Shown piece by piece: positions 51,016-59,766 of a DNA stretch of 64,000 nucleotides. Below the pieces are notes generated by a model. That model had not been told where the DNA came from, did not search any database, and worked only from the letters and a program-made list of their open reading frames with translations. The DNA is taken from positions 12,897-76,896 of IMG/VR virus record IMGVR_UViG_3300044522_000179; one strand, 5' to 3'. The position numbers and the translations under genes were made by a program. This DNA is from a virus. Its lineage: Duplodnaviria; Caudoviricetes. Position 1 is the stretch's first letter; each line of letters begins with the position of its first letter.

Positions 51016-51462
51016 TTACGCCTTAAGTCCCAAACGAGCATATCGTACGGTGACTGGCTTTATCGCAGAATCTGGAGTGACTGTAATAGCCACGGTATTT
51101 CCAGTGCGAGAGACATTAATGGTGCCAATATTCCCATCATTGTCGATTGTTCCATACTCACTAACAGATACATTTGTACCATCAGCAAGAATTGTTAATT
51201 CGGTTGCATAGAACTTATTGTCCCCTGCAGTAGTCTTTGATATTGAAATAATATACTTGACCATACGCCATTCTGTAGCATCAAATGAATCAATAACAGT
51301 TAAGTTTTCAATTCCGCTTATTGTATTTTCATTGTTACCTGAAGAACCCAAATCTGTTGCTTGGGCTGCTGCGGTATCAATTAGATCTACATAATTTTCT
51401 TGAGTAGGTCTGTCTCCTGTTTGAAACAGGGCCTTTACGTTTGAAATTGATATTTTAGCCAT
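51016..51462 (-). CDS. tail fibre-associated protein
   Basis: FQTGDRPT...DLIDT; C-domain homologous to the C-terminus of 49234..50997 (..EYG). Confidence 0.65.
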   Translation of the reverse strand: MAKISISNVKALFQTGDRPTQENYVDLIDTAAAQATDLGSSGNNENTISGIENLTVIDSFDATEWRMVKYIISISKTTAGDNKFYATELTILADGTNVSVSEYGTIDNDGNIGTINVSRTGNTVAITVTPDSAIKPVTVRYARLGLKA

Positions 51463-51494
51463 GTGGTAATTATATCACCCTTTTAATTATATAA

Positions 51495-51701
51495 TTAGAG
51501 AATATAATTGCTGTAGCCAATAACCTGTAATGGAATTGGTGCAGGGTTTGTTCTTGAGTATCCAAATACACTTACGTTAATAAACTGAACTCTAAATGGC
51601 AAAACCTCTTGAACTCTCGCTTTTGGTTGTATGTGATCTATGCGAACTCGTCTTAAATCAAGTTCCTGTACTTGTGCATGTGCTAATTGGTGTGTTGGCA
51701 T
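51495..51701 (-). CDS. hypothetical protein
   Basis: Coupled ORF in fibre cluster. Confidence 0.55.
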   Translation of the reverse strand: MPTHQLAHAQVQELDLRRVRIDHIQPKARVQEVLPFRVQFINVSVFGYSRTNPAPIPLQVIGYSNYIL

Positions 51702-52084
51702 TACTGTGTTACGTCTTCAATAATAACCATTGACCCTTTGGCTACCGTCCAAACTCTACCTTCTGATAGAAGTTCTGTGAGTTGGATATCGAAGATGTCT
51801 CCTGTCTGAAGAAGTTCAGATTGTGACGATGTAATGTTTACCGTAAAACTTCCCTCTGTGTCTTGAAACTCAATTGGCTGAGGGGATAAAGAAACAACAA
51901 GGCTTGCATTACGACGAATGTCCATTTTAACTTGCCAGTCTTCAAGAAGAAGTGGCTCTCTTGCATCGTTGGTTACATAAACACGAAAGGCTGCGGAATC
52001 TCCACGAACAACTGTCCAACGAATTTCTGGAGGTGCTGCACCTAGTGCATAAGAGTCTGTGGGTTGATTTCTAAAAGTTGCCAT
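51701..52084 (-). CDS. fibre adaptor-like beta-sandwich protein (paralog family RGD/KGD)
   Basis: WTVVRGDS...FDIQL...WTVAKG. Confidence 0.65.
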   Translation of the reverse strand: MATFRNQPTDSYALGAAPPEIRWTVVRGDSAAFRVYVTNDAREPLLLEDWQVKMDIRRNASLVVSLSPQPIEFQDTEGSFTVNITSSQSELLQTGDIFDIQLTELLSEGRVWTVAKGSMVIIEDVTQ

Positions 52085-52096
52085 AGTGTTATTATA

Positions 52097-52645
52097 TCAC
52101 GACAAACCGTCCTTGAGTGCACCCCAAGTACCGTTTCCTTTGGCCTGAACTATTAACATTCCAGTAACTGATTGAATAGCAACAACGGCTACATATCTTG
52201 CTGGCCCTGTTGCTGGACGGGATGGAACAACATAACCATCTCCATCAACATAAACTTTTGTTCCTGCTGCTCCTAAAGAAGAAGTATTCATTTCTAAAAC
52301 ACCAGAAACAATTACAAGACCATTTGTGTTATTTGCAATACTGCTTTTTACTAATCCAAGTATTGGAAGATCTGGATTATGAGATTGACTTGATGGATTA
52401 TATTTTTCTATTGTTGAAACCATTTTCCCTCCATAAGAAACAGTTCCACTAATAAAAACTGGAGAACCCTGTGAAATATTAAGACCTGTGATATTTCTAA
52501 CCTCAAGATAGGCTGCGCCATAACCTAATGGCGGAAGAATGTCGTTTAAAGCATCAACTAATACCTTAATGTCTCCGTGTACATTCACGGGATCTGAAGC
52601 AAGAGGGAACTTCATAGTAGGATAATTAGATGATGACTGAGACAT
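52097..52645 (-). CDS. minor tail/fibre protein
   Basis: FPLASDPVNVHGDIKVL N-terminus; RNITG..I..G.PVFI. Confidence 0.6.
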   Translation of the reverse strand: MSQSSSNYPTMKFPLASDPVNVHGDIKVLVDALNDILPPLGYGAAYLEVRNITGLNISQGSPVFISGTVSYGGKMVSTIEKYNPSSQSHNPDLPILGLVKSSIANNTNGLVIVSGVLEMNTSSLGAAGTKVYVDGDGYVVPSRPATGPARYVAVVAIQSVTGMLIVQAKGNGTWGALKDGLS

Positions 52646-52671
52646 AATCTTTATTATACCACCCTCTAAAG

Positions 52672-52701
52672 TTGACTTTTGATAAAATTTTATGTTATAC
52701 T
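52672..52701 (+). promoter_or_regulatory. sigma70/SigA-type promoter
   Basis: TTGACT-N18-TATACT with TG extension; followed by leader hairpin TAACACCT-GCCA-AGGTGTTA and AAGGAGG SD. Confidence 0.75.
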
Positions 52702-52748
52702 AGGAAGTAACACCTGCCAAGGTGTTATTGTTTTCTAAGGAGGAAACT

Positions 52749-53312
52749 ATGATTAAATTTATCGAAAGAAACAAAGAGATCATTAGCACACTCAGTATCG
52801 TAGCACTAGTAACAGTTATGTCTAATTCTGCTAATGCTATTTCAGATTTTGATACCAAGAATAACCTTAGCCTGAAACAGGCTCAGACATCGGAAACCAC
52901 CTCGAAAGAGGTTTTTTTGGTTTCTAAAGCAAAAAAGTTAGAGAGTTTTGAAAATAAGGTTTCTCTAACAGATTTAGAACTAAAGGAACTGCTTTCCCTA
53001 GTTGGCTTCAAGGGTAAAGACCTTGTTGTGGCTTGGGCAGTAGCAAAGAAAGAATCTAATGGACGACCATTGGCCTTTAATGGCAATCACAAAACTGGGG
53101 ATTCGTCTTATGGTATGTTCCAAATTAATATGATTGACGCACTTGGTCCTGATCGCAGAAACAAGTTTGATCTTGACTCTAATGCTGAATTATTCAATCC
53201 CGTCAAAAATGCTGAGATTGCATATTACATGTCTAAGGGTGGAGAGAACTGGTCTTCTTGGAAGGGCATTACTCCAAAGACTAAGGAATGGATGGCCAGG
53301 TTTCCTCGCTAA
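52749..53312 (+). CDS. secreted lysozyme-like / lytic transglycosylase
   Basis: Signal peptide ending ANA; AVAKKES (catalytic Glu), SYGMFQIN, LFNPVKNA, WSSW. Confidence 0.82.
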   Translation: MIKFIERNKEIISTLSIVALVTVMSNSANAISDFDTKNNLSLKQAQTSETTSKEVFLVSKAKKLESFENKVSLTDLELKELLSLVGFKGKDLVVAWAVAKKESNGRPLAFNGNHKTGDSSYGMFQINMIDALGPDRRNKFDLDSNAELFNPVKNAEIAYYMSKGGENWSSWKGITPKTKEWMARFPR

Positions 53313-54262
53313 TCCCTTCTTGGTGGCATTCCAAGTGCTCTAGGCTCAACTATAACATGTGAACTATAGTTTGGAATAAAGTCTGTGTATTTTGTGTCTA
53401 TTCCAGATTCTTTAAGAAAGTTGTAAACTTTTTCTTTTGGAATATCTAACTGCCCAGACATTAGCATTGAAAGTCTATTAGTTGATTCTTCAACATGGGT
53501 CCAATAATGTTCTTTTCTTCCATCTGCCCAAGGCCTAAGAGTTTCTCTTGTTACAGATCCGTTAGACTGCCTATGTGATTGATTGTGGAAAACATCTCTT
53601 GTACCAATAGAGTATATTTTCCAATCTTTAGCATAAGTTCTTAATGATAAACAAAACTCTTCGGTATTAAATGATTCATCTTTATTAATGCCAACTTCAT
53701 CAATCCATTTTTTGGGTGCAAAAAGGTAACAGCATGTAGCCCAATATGAACGAATAACTTCATCCATGTTTAAAAACCTATATCCTGGAAACTTGAATCC
53801 TGGAATTAACTCACTAAATAAATAGCCATACATTGATGTTTTACATGCTGCATCGAAATTAATGGATCCATCTGGCATCATTTCGTAATCTGCTGGAGCA
53901 TAAGCAATAATAAATTTTTCATTATTAATATTTAATTTTTCATATTTTTCAATAGCAAGACTATCCCATTTTGGTGATGCATAGGTGTGGGAGTCAAACT
54001 GTATAAAATAGTCATACTCCACATCAACTTGAGTTGCTAAATTTCTAGCCCAACAAACTCCTCCTCTATATTGTGACAAATCAAAATGTCTATAGATTAA
54101 TTGTTCTTTTGGTATAAAAGATAAATCATATTTTACGTTGTCTTCTGAAACTATAGAAAAATATAAATCATTTTTATTTTTTGCTTGTTTCCATAAAGAT
54201 AGTATTGTAGAATAAAACTCTGGATCACAGTAGTTTACAACACTAACTAATATTTTGTTCAT
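53309..54262 (-). CDS. GT60-like (Skp1-hydroxyproline GlcNAc-transferase family) glycosyltransferase
   Basis: ILVSVVNYCDPE, GVCWARN, YFIQFDSH...WD, EE..LSLR.Y..W. Confidence 0.8.
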   Translation of the reverse strand: MNKILVSVVNYCDPEFYSTILSLWKQAKNKNDLYFSIVSEDNVKYDLSFIPKEQLIYRHFDLSQYRGGVCWARNLATQVDVEYDYFIQFDSHTYASPKWDSLAIEKYEKLNINNEKFIIAYAPADYEMMPDGSINFDAACKTSMYGYLFSELIPGFKFPGYRFLNMDEVIRSYWATCCYLFAPKKWIDEVGINKDESFNTEEFCLSLRTYAKDWKIYSIGTRDVFHNQSHRQSNGSVTRETLRPWADGRKEHYWTHVEESTNRLSMLMSGQLDIPKEKVYNFLKESGIDTKYTDFIPNYSSHVIVEPRALGMPPRRD

Positions 54263-54819
54263 TCTTTATTTCTTATCTTTGTATATAAAAATTGTGGACC
54301 TTCTGTAAAAAACCAATGATCTGGCTCAACATAAAAAAAGAAAGCATTAGCAACAAGATTGTGTTGTGGGTCAGGAAATTCTTCTCTCCAATGCTCTTGA
54401 TCATTTCCATATGAAACAACCATATCATTTTCTTCTGGCTGAAACTTTTCTCCTTCTACATAAAAGTCCCAAGGTGTTTTATGAAAAATTGTGTAATTCA
54501 GATGATATGTACAGGCATTATCATCAACATGTTTCCAAAGCCTTGCTTTATCTCCTTCATAAATACTTATTAAGCACCAGGAAGGAAGAAGAGTTTCTGA
54601 TTCAAACTCTTCTTTTGCTAATGGTAAAAGCATCTCATGAAATTTTCTTAGTGGTTCTGTGCTTTCTCTATGTGTTCCGTCCCAAATTGCCCATTGATGT
54701 CTTCCAAATCCTTCATCAAAAGTAGACTTGTCGGTTGACCATAAATTCATTGCTAAATTTTGCAACTCTTTATATTCTTTTTGTGGAAAAACATTTTTTA
54801 ATAGATATGGAGATTTCAT
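54259..54819 (-). CDS. 2OG-Fe(II) oxygenase, HWR-type family
   Basis: LWKHVDDNACTY, YGNDQEHWRE. Confidence 0.82.
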   Translation of the reverse strand: MKSPYLLKNVFPQKEYKELQNLAMNLWSTDKSTFDEGFGRHQWAIWDGTHRESTEPLRKFHEMLLPLAKEEFESETLLPSWCLISIYEGDKARLWKHVDDNACTYHLNYTIFHKTPWDFYVEGEKFQPEENDMVVSYGNDQEHWREEFPDPQHNLVANAFFFYVEPDHWFFTEGPQFLYTKIRNKE

Positions 54820-54820
54820 A

Positions 54821-55066
54821 CTACCACTTACCTAAAGGACATGTTGCTAACTGTAACTTTGTTTTTGCTGCCATAAAACATCCACATTTTTTGCATTGCT
54901 TTGTTAATTTTATTAACTCTGGACAAGATTTACAAATACTATATCTTTCATTAGATAAAGACTCTTCTGCCCATTCTGTATTTGGATTAACCAAATCTAA
55001 AGGACTAACCAAAGAATATTTATTATTTTGAATTACTTGTTTTATACTTTCTTGGCTATCTGTCAT
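54821..55066 (-). CDS. small Cys-rich protein
   Basis: RYSICKSCPE...QCKKCGCFM..KTKL..A.CPLGKW; own TGGTAAAAT promoter and GGGAG SD. Confidence 0.75.
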   Translation of the reverse strand: MTDSQESIKQVIQNNKYSLVSPLDLVNPNTEWAEESLSNERYSICKSCPELIKLTKQCKKCGCFMAAKTKLQLATCPLGKW

Positions 55067-55107
55067 TTTTACTCCCTATTTATTGTAATACTAATTTTAC
55101 CATATTT

Positions 55108-56361
55108 CTATTCTCTTGTATAAGGCGAGAATGGTGCAAATGAGAATGGTGTTGGATCAGGTGTAGGTGTAACAGGTGCTACAGGTGCTACAGGTGCTAC
55201 AGGTGCTACAGGTGCTACAGGTGCTACAGGTGCCTCTCCTGGAGAGAATGGTGAAAATCCAAATACTGTAAATGCTGCTGGAGGTGTACAATCCTGTGTG
55301 TCTGAATCTGTGGTTGTCGTAACAATTGGATCTGGGTTTGGAGAACATCCACTTGCGGTTTGGGTTGTAGTAGCAGTTCTAGTTCTTGTTTGGGCAAATT
55401 CATCTGGGCCACCAACTCTTACACAAGCACCCCAAGCACCCCAAGCACCGTAAGTTGTTGTTGATGTCCATGTAGGTGTACATGGAACTGGAGTAGGTGC
55501 TACAGGTGCAACTGGTGCAACTGGTGCAACTGGTGCAACACAACTTGTTGATGGATATCCTGAACTACTTGCTGCAGTAATGTTAGTTGCAGTTGGATAT
55601 GTTGCTAATAAATTATCTAATGCCTGTCCTGATGTTGCTCCTGTGTCAGTAACTCTAGTTCCACCAACACAACCAGCAATATACCAAGTTGTTGCAACAG
55701 GTGTAGGTGTAGGTGTTGTACAAGTTACTGATGGATATCCTGAAGAACTTGCTGCAGTAATATTGGTTGCAGTTGGATATGTTGCTAATAAATTATCATA
55801 TGCCTGGCCTGATGTTGCTCCTGTGTCAGTAACTGTAGTTCCACCAACACAACCAGAGATATACCAAGTTGTTGCTACAGGAGTAGGGGCTACAGGTGCA
55901 ACGGGTGCAACAGGTGCAACTGGTGCAACGGGAGTACAATCTCTTGATTCTGAGTCTGTATATGTTGTAACAATTGGATCTGGATTTGGAGTACATCCAG
56001 TTGCAGTTTGAGTTGCAGTAGCCAATCTAGTTCTTGTTTCATAGAAGTCATCTGGTCCTCCCATTCTTACACAAGCACCCCAAGCACCCCACTCACCGTA
56101 AGTTGTTGTTGTTGTCCATGTTGGAACACACTCTGATATTGTAGGTGTTACAGGAGTAACTGGAGTTACGGGAGTAACTGGAGTAACTGGAGTTACGGGA
56201 GTAACTGGAGTAACTGGAGTTACAGGAGTAGGTGCTACAGGAGTAGGTGCTACAGGAGTAGGTGCTACAGGAGTAGGTGCTACAGGAGTAGGTGCTACAG
56301 GAGTAGGAGTTGCTGCTAAAAATATTCCTATACCACTTGGGCCACGAAATAATGGACTCAT
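55108..56361 (-). CDS. Pro/Thr-rich mucin-like virion protein with thrombospondin-like repeats
   Basis: (PTPVA)n, (TPV)n, (PVA)n linkers; A-B-B-A Cys domains; C-terminal FSPYTRE. Confidence 0.8.
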   Translation of the reverse strand: MSPLFRGPSGIGIFLAATPTPVAPTPVAPTPVAPTPVAPTPVAPTPVTPVTPVTPVTPVTPVTPVTPVTPVTPTISECVPTWTTTTTYGEWGAWGACVRMGGPDDFYETRTRLATATQTATGCTPNPDPIVTTYTDSESRDCTPVAPVAPVAPVAPVAPTPVATTWYISGCVGGTTVTDTGATSGQAYDNLLATYPTATNITAASSSGYPSVTCTTPTPTPVATTWYIAGCVGGTRVTDTGATSGQALDNLLATYPTATNITAASSSGYPSTSCVAPVAPVAPVAPVAPTPVPCTPTWTSTTTYGAWGAWGACVRVGGPDEFAQTRTRTATTTQTASGCSPNPDPIVTTTTDSDTQDCTPPAAFTVFGFSPFSPGEAPVAPVAPVAPVAPVAPVAPVTPTPDPTPFSFAPFSPYTRE

Positions 56362-56379
56362 GATTCTACCTGTTTACTA

Positions 56380-57138
56380 CTAAGCAAACTTGTTCTGTGA
56401 TGCAAGAGCAGTAAATGTTTCTGCACCTGTTTTCCTAATTGTATAAACATAAACATCTGTTGAGTTAATGTTTCCTGAAGAAGGGGCTATTCCACCTAAC
56501 CATTTAGGAGTTACTGATGCACCATCAACAGTAAGTGCTGTTGGGTAATATGCAGTTCCACTTTGAGGAGATTCAAATACAACAGAGATTTGCTGACCTG
56601 TTGCCATTAATGAATTAAGAGTAGTTGTTGCATTGCCACGAATATTTATTGTCCAATTTGCGACGGCATTGGAAGTACGAATATCAATAGAAGAAGTAGC
56701 AACATCAATATCAATTGCTCCAGTTGCTGCTGTTGCAGAAATAGTTGTTAATTCTTTTGGTGATACAAGTGAAGATTTATCAACTCCGTCTACATAAGAC
56801 TTTGTTGCTAAAAGAGAAGTATCTGCTATACCATGGACATTTGTTGTAGATGAATTATGTGTTGTAATTGCAGCATTTCTGGCTAATACTTCTGCTGCAT
56901 CTGCTGCAGTTCTATTTACTACTTCAAGAGCATCTGTATCTACAAGATTCTGTAAATGTTTTGCAATAGATGGGGTTAAAAGGTTTGCGGTATTTGTATT
57001 TGAACCGTCATAGGCATAAGATCCATAGTGGTAAAGTCTTAGCGCTGCTTGAATATCGGCTGCATCTGAAAGACCAGGAATTTTGGCATTGAATAGCCCA
57101 GTACCACCAACGGTATTGTCAATATTCTCTGCTGCCAC
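56380..57138 (-). CDS. tail fibre-like protein
   Basis: [15 protein letters not shown]; one HGIADT repeat; C-terminal KWLGG.AP...DVY.Y domain. Confidence 0.7.
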   Translation of the reverse strand: MAAENIDNTVGGTGLFNAKIPGLSDAADIQAALRLYHYGSYAYDGSNTNTANLLTPSIAKHLQNLVDTDALEVVNRTAADAAEVLARNAAITTHNSSTTNVHGIADTSLLATKSYVDGVDKSSLVSPKELTTISATAATGAIDIDVATSSIDIRTSNAVANWTINIRGNATTTLNSLMATGQQISVVFESPQSGTAYYPTALTVDGASVTPKWLGGIAPSSGNINSTDVYVYTIRKTGAETFTALASQNKFA

Positions 57139-57157
57139 TATAAATCACCCTTTTTCA

Positions 57158-57757
57158 TTATACCACCGTAATAAATAGGTGGACACGCTTAGGACCAGTT
57201 ATAGGTCCCCAAGTTGTTCCATCATATTCTACACCCTCTATTTCAAGTGGTAATGCTCTAATGCTTCCGCTATCTACTACATCTTTTACTACAAGATTTG
57301 TTGCTAATGGTCCAGCAGTATCTGGAGATGAAATAGAATACTGAATACTAAAACTTGCAGATGTAAGGTTTACATCGCTTGCAATTTCTGTTACATTAAT
57401 TGGCGGAATAGTGAGTTTTCCATTTGCAGCAGTTACATCTTTTACAGCAGAATAAAAATTTGTCTTTAAACTAAGCATTTCAGTCCACTGTGTTCCAGTT
57501 GTTGTTGCTATTCTTTGAAATACTGTTTTATATGTATCTGAGTATGGATTATAGTCAATTGCAATATCTAACGCTTCAATTCCTGTTGGAAGGTTAAGTA
57601 TATCTGCATGAACATTTGCATCTTGTGGGTTTCCATTTGATCCTACTATAATGCTTCCACGATCACCTTGCGGTCCTATGTCTAGGTCAAGGCTTATGCT
57701 TTCTGGTCCACCAAAAACTGTTAAGTCATCATTAGATAAAAGTATATCTGCCATCAA
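57158..57757 (-). CDS. minor tail protein
   Basis: DIGPQGDRGS; fibre cluster. Confidence 0.55.
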   Translation of the reverse strand: MMADILLSNDDLTVFGGPESISLDLDIGPQGDRGSIIVGSNGNPQDANVHADILNLPTGIEALDIAIDYNPYSDTYKTVFQRIATTTGTQWTEMLSLKTNFYSAVKDVTAANGKLTIPPINVTEIASDVNLTSASFSIQYSISSPDTAGPLATNLVVKDVVDSGSIRALPLEIEGVEYDGTTWGPITGPKRVHLFITVV

Positions 57758-58206
57758 GCACCTGATGTTGCAGACGTTGCGCCTGTAACCTGATCTGTAA
57801 TTGTTATTTTTCCTGTCAAAAGGGTCTGTACAACTTCATACTGTCCGCTGCCTGATGCTCCTGCTGGCTTTTTAACCTCAACGTCATAAACATACTCTGT
57901 TCCAGCAACTAGTTGGTTTCCATCTGCTGGTCTGATTGCACATTGAACGTATGTGTTGTCGTCATAAACTCTAGCAAAACATTTTATTGGTGTCCCTGCT
58001 GAGCCACGAACTGTAGATATTGTAAACTGTGCACTATCATATGGAGCAGAAGAGTCTGTTACATCGTCTGGGGTATTTGCATAATTTGTTGGTATATAAA
58101 ACTGACTTAGGTCAAAAACCGTTCCATCGTTCTTTTTCGGGTAGATACGAAACTCAAAGGTGTCACCCTTATAGTAATTAAAGTCATAGGTTGCTGGAAA
58201 TGCCAT
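57754..58206 (-). CDS. fibre adaptor-like beta-sandwich protein (paralog family RGD/KGD)
   Basis: YYKGDTFEF...YVYDVEV...TLLTGKITI. Confidence 0.65.
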   Translation of the reverse strand: MAFPATYDFNYYKGDTFEFRIYPKKNDGTVFDLSQFYIPTNYANTPDDVTDSSAPYDSAQFTISTVRGSAGTPIKCFARVYDDNTYVQCAIRPADGNQLVAGTEYVYDVEVKKPAGASGSGQYEVVQTLLTGKITITDQVTGATSATSGA

Positions 58207-58213
58207 GGTTTTA

Positions 58214-58945
58214 TTATACCACGCTGACGTAGACAGAATTGAAGACTACTGATGCATCAAAGTCTGTTCTAATTTGTGGAACAGCGCCATTGCCCCACAT
58301 TGCTTGGTTTTCAATAAATATTTGTTGAGTGACTGAAAGATTATAAGTATTCTGATATTTAAATGATCCTACTAATTGTACAAACTCTTGATCGTTGCTT
58401 GCAAAATAAGTTCTTAGCCAAACCTCTGTATTGGCACTATATGTTGTTAGTTCAAAGTTGTATGTTACGAATATTTGGGATCCTTGTTTGATACCGTGAA
58501 AGTTTAAGGCTCTTTGATGGCTATTCCAAAGACTGGTACACCCTTTAGGAAGATATGTTTCATCTTGGGTCTTATCTTTTGTATCTAACATAAGAGTTAC
58601 CCACCCATCATCTCCTTCTGAGATTCCAAGTTTTGTTGGTTTGGTAATTGTATTATTATAAGAAGCCCATCCAGATTGTTGGCCTGAAGAGGATAGACTG
58701 CTGAGTCCGTCTGCTCCTTTTGGCCCTTTTTCGCCTTGTGGTCCAATGTTTCCCGTGAAACCTTGTTCTCCTTTTTCTCCATCTCTACCATCTCTACCTG
58801 CAGGACCTTGTGGTCCAACTGGGCCAGGTACTGGAAGAAATGAAAGAGCATTATCTACAGTAGGAGATGCTTGACTTTGTTCTACTTGTGCAGCATAAGA
58901 AGATTTTTTTGCACCTGGGAAATCCATAGATTTAGAAACGGCCAT
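58214..58945 (-). CDS. collagen-like (Gly-X-Y) tail protein
   Basis: GPVGPQGPAGRDGRDGEKGEQGFTGNIGPQGEKGPKGADG. Confidence 0.8.
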   Translation of the reverse strand: MAVSKSMDFPGAKKSSYAAQVEQSQASPTVDNALSFLPVPGPVGPQGPAGRDGRDGEKGEQGFTGNIGPQGEKGPKGADGLSSLSSSGQQSGWASYNNTITKPTKLGISEGDDGWVTLMLDTKDKTQDETYLPKGCTSLWNSHQRALNFHGIKQGSQIFVTYNFELTTYSANTEVWLRTYFASNDQEFVQLVGSFKYQNTYNLSVTQQIFIENQAMWGNGAVPQIRTDFDASVVFNSVYVSVV

Positions 58946-58965
58946 GGATACATTATCTCACGGTA

Positions 58966-59766
58966 TTAAGTAAGTGACTCTATAGATGTAATGATTCCAT
59001 TGGTAACTGTAACTATCTTGCTATCTGAGGTTTGGAATGTTCCTGTTGCTCCCGTTGGCAATTCAGCATCTGCACCTTTAGCAGAAACTAAAATCCACCC
59101 ATTTGTTGGCGGAGAGTATGATGAAAATTGTCCATTAGGATGATAGTAGGTAGATCCTTGAAATTCAACTAAAGATCCAGCAGCATAGTCAATTCCATTT
59201 ACCCATGCACCAGTAAAGTTCCAAAGTGCATCTGCACCATTTGTACCATTTGTACCGTTTGTACCATCTGCACCTTTAGGAATCCAAACTTCCCATTGTG
59301 CAGCGTTTCCAACTGGATCACCAAGTTGTCCACTTGCTTTAGCAAGATATAGTTGTCCGTCTGATCCTCGTACTACTGCAATGTCTGGAACATAACCAGA
59401 AGATGGATTATAATTTCCTAAATAGAAAATTCCAAATCCTGCACCTGGTGCACCATCAGAACCATTTGTCCCGTTTGTACCATCTGAACCCTTTGCTGCA
59501 ATCAAATCAAACTTAACTGTATTGGTTGGAAGTGTTCCAGCAGTTGTTACTGACTTTGTATAATAAAGTTGTCCTTGATAAACTACGACATCGCCAACTG
59601 CATAAGCAGCAGCAGAGTTATATGCACCTTGATATGACCATACTGCATTTGTGCCTGGGGTTCCTTGCAAACCTCTTTCGCCTTGGGGACCTACAGAGCC
59701 TGGTGCTCCTTCGTCTCCCTTGTCTCCAACTGCGCCTGGCATTGGAACAATCTTAATAACTGCCAT
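58966..59766 (-). CDS. collagen-like protein with Y..GD.V carbohydrate-binding-like repeats
   Basis: GXY runs; three G.Y/W....Y..G..V.Y.G..Y units; start MAVIKIV. Confidence 0.75.
   Translation of the reverse strand: MAVIKIVPMPGAVGDKGDEGAPGSVGPQGERGLQGTPGTNAVWSYQGAYNSAAAYAVGDVVVYQGQLYYTKSVTTAGTLPTNTVKFDLIAAKGSDGTNGTNGSDGAPGAGFGIFYLGNYNPSSGYVPDIAVVRGSDGQLYLAKASGQLGDPVGNAAQWEVWIPKGADGTNGTNGTNGADALWNFTGAWVNGIDYAAGSLVEFQGSTYYHPNGQFSSYSPPTNGWILVSAKGADAELPTGATGTFQTSDSKIVTVTNGIITSIESLT

Noticed and set aside
52702-52748. c-di-AMP (ydaO) riboswitch upstream of the muralytic gene
   Set aside because: The leader is only about 40 nt with one hairpin, too short and lacking the consensus.
55157-56310. 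9- and 15-bp repeats as CRISPR or non-coding satellite; alternative-frame ORFs such as (TCS)n
   Set aside because: They encode the PVA/PTPVA linkers of 55108..56361; the other frames are shadows.
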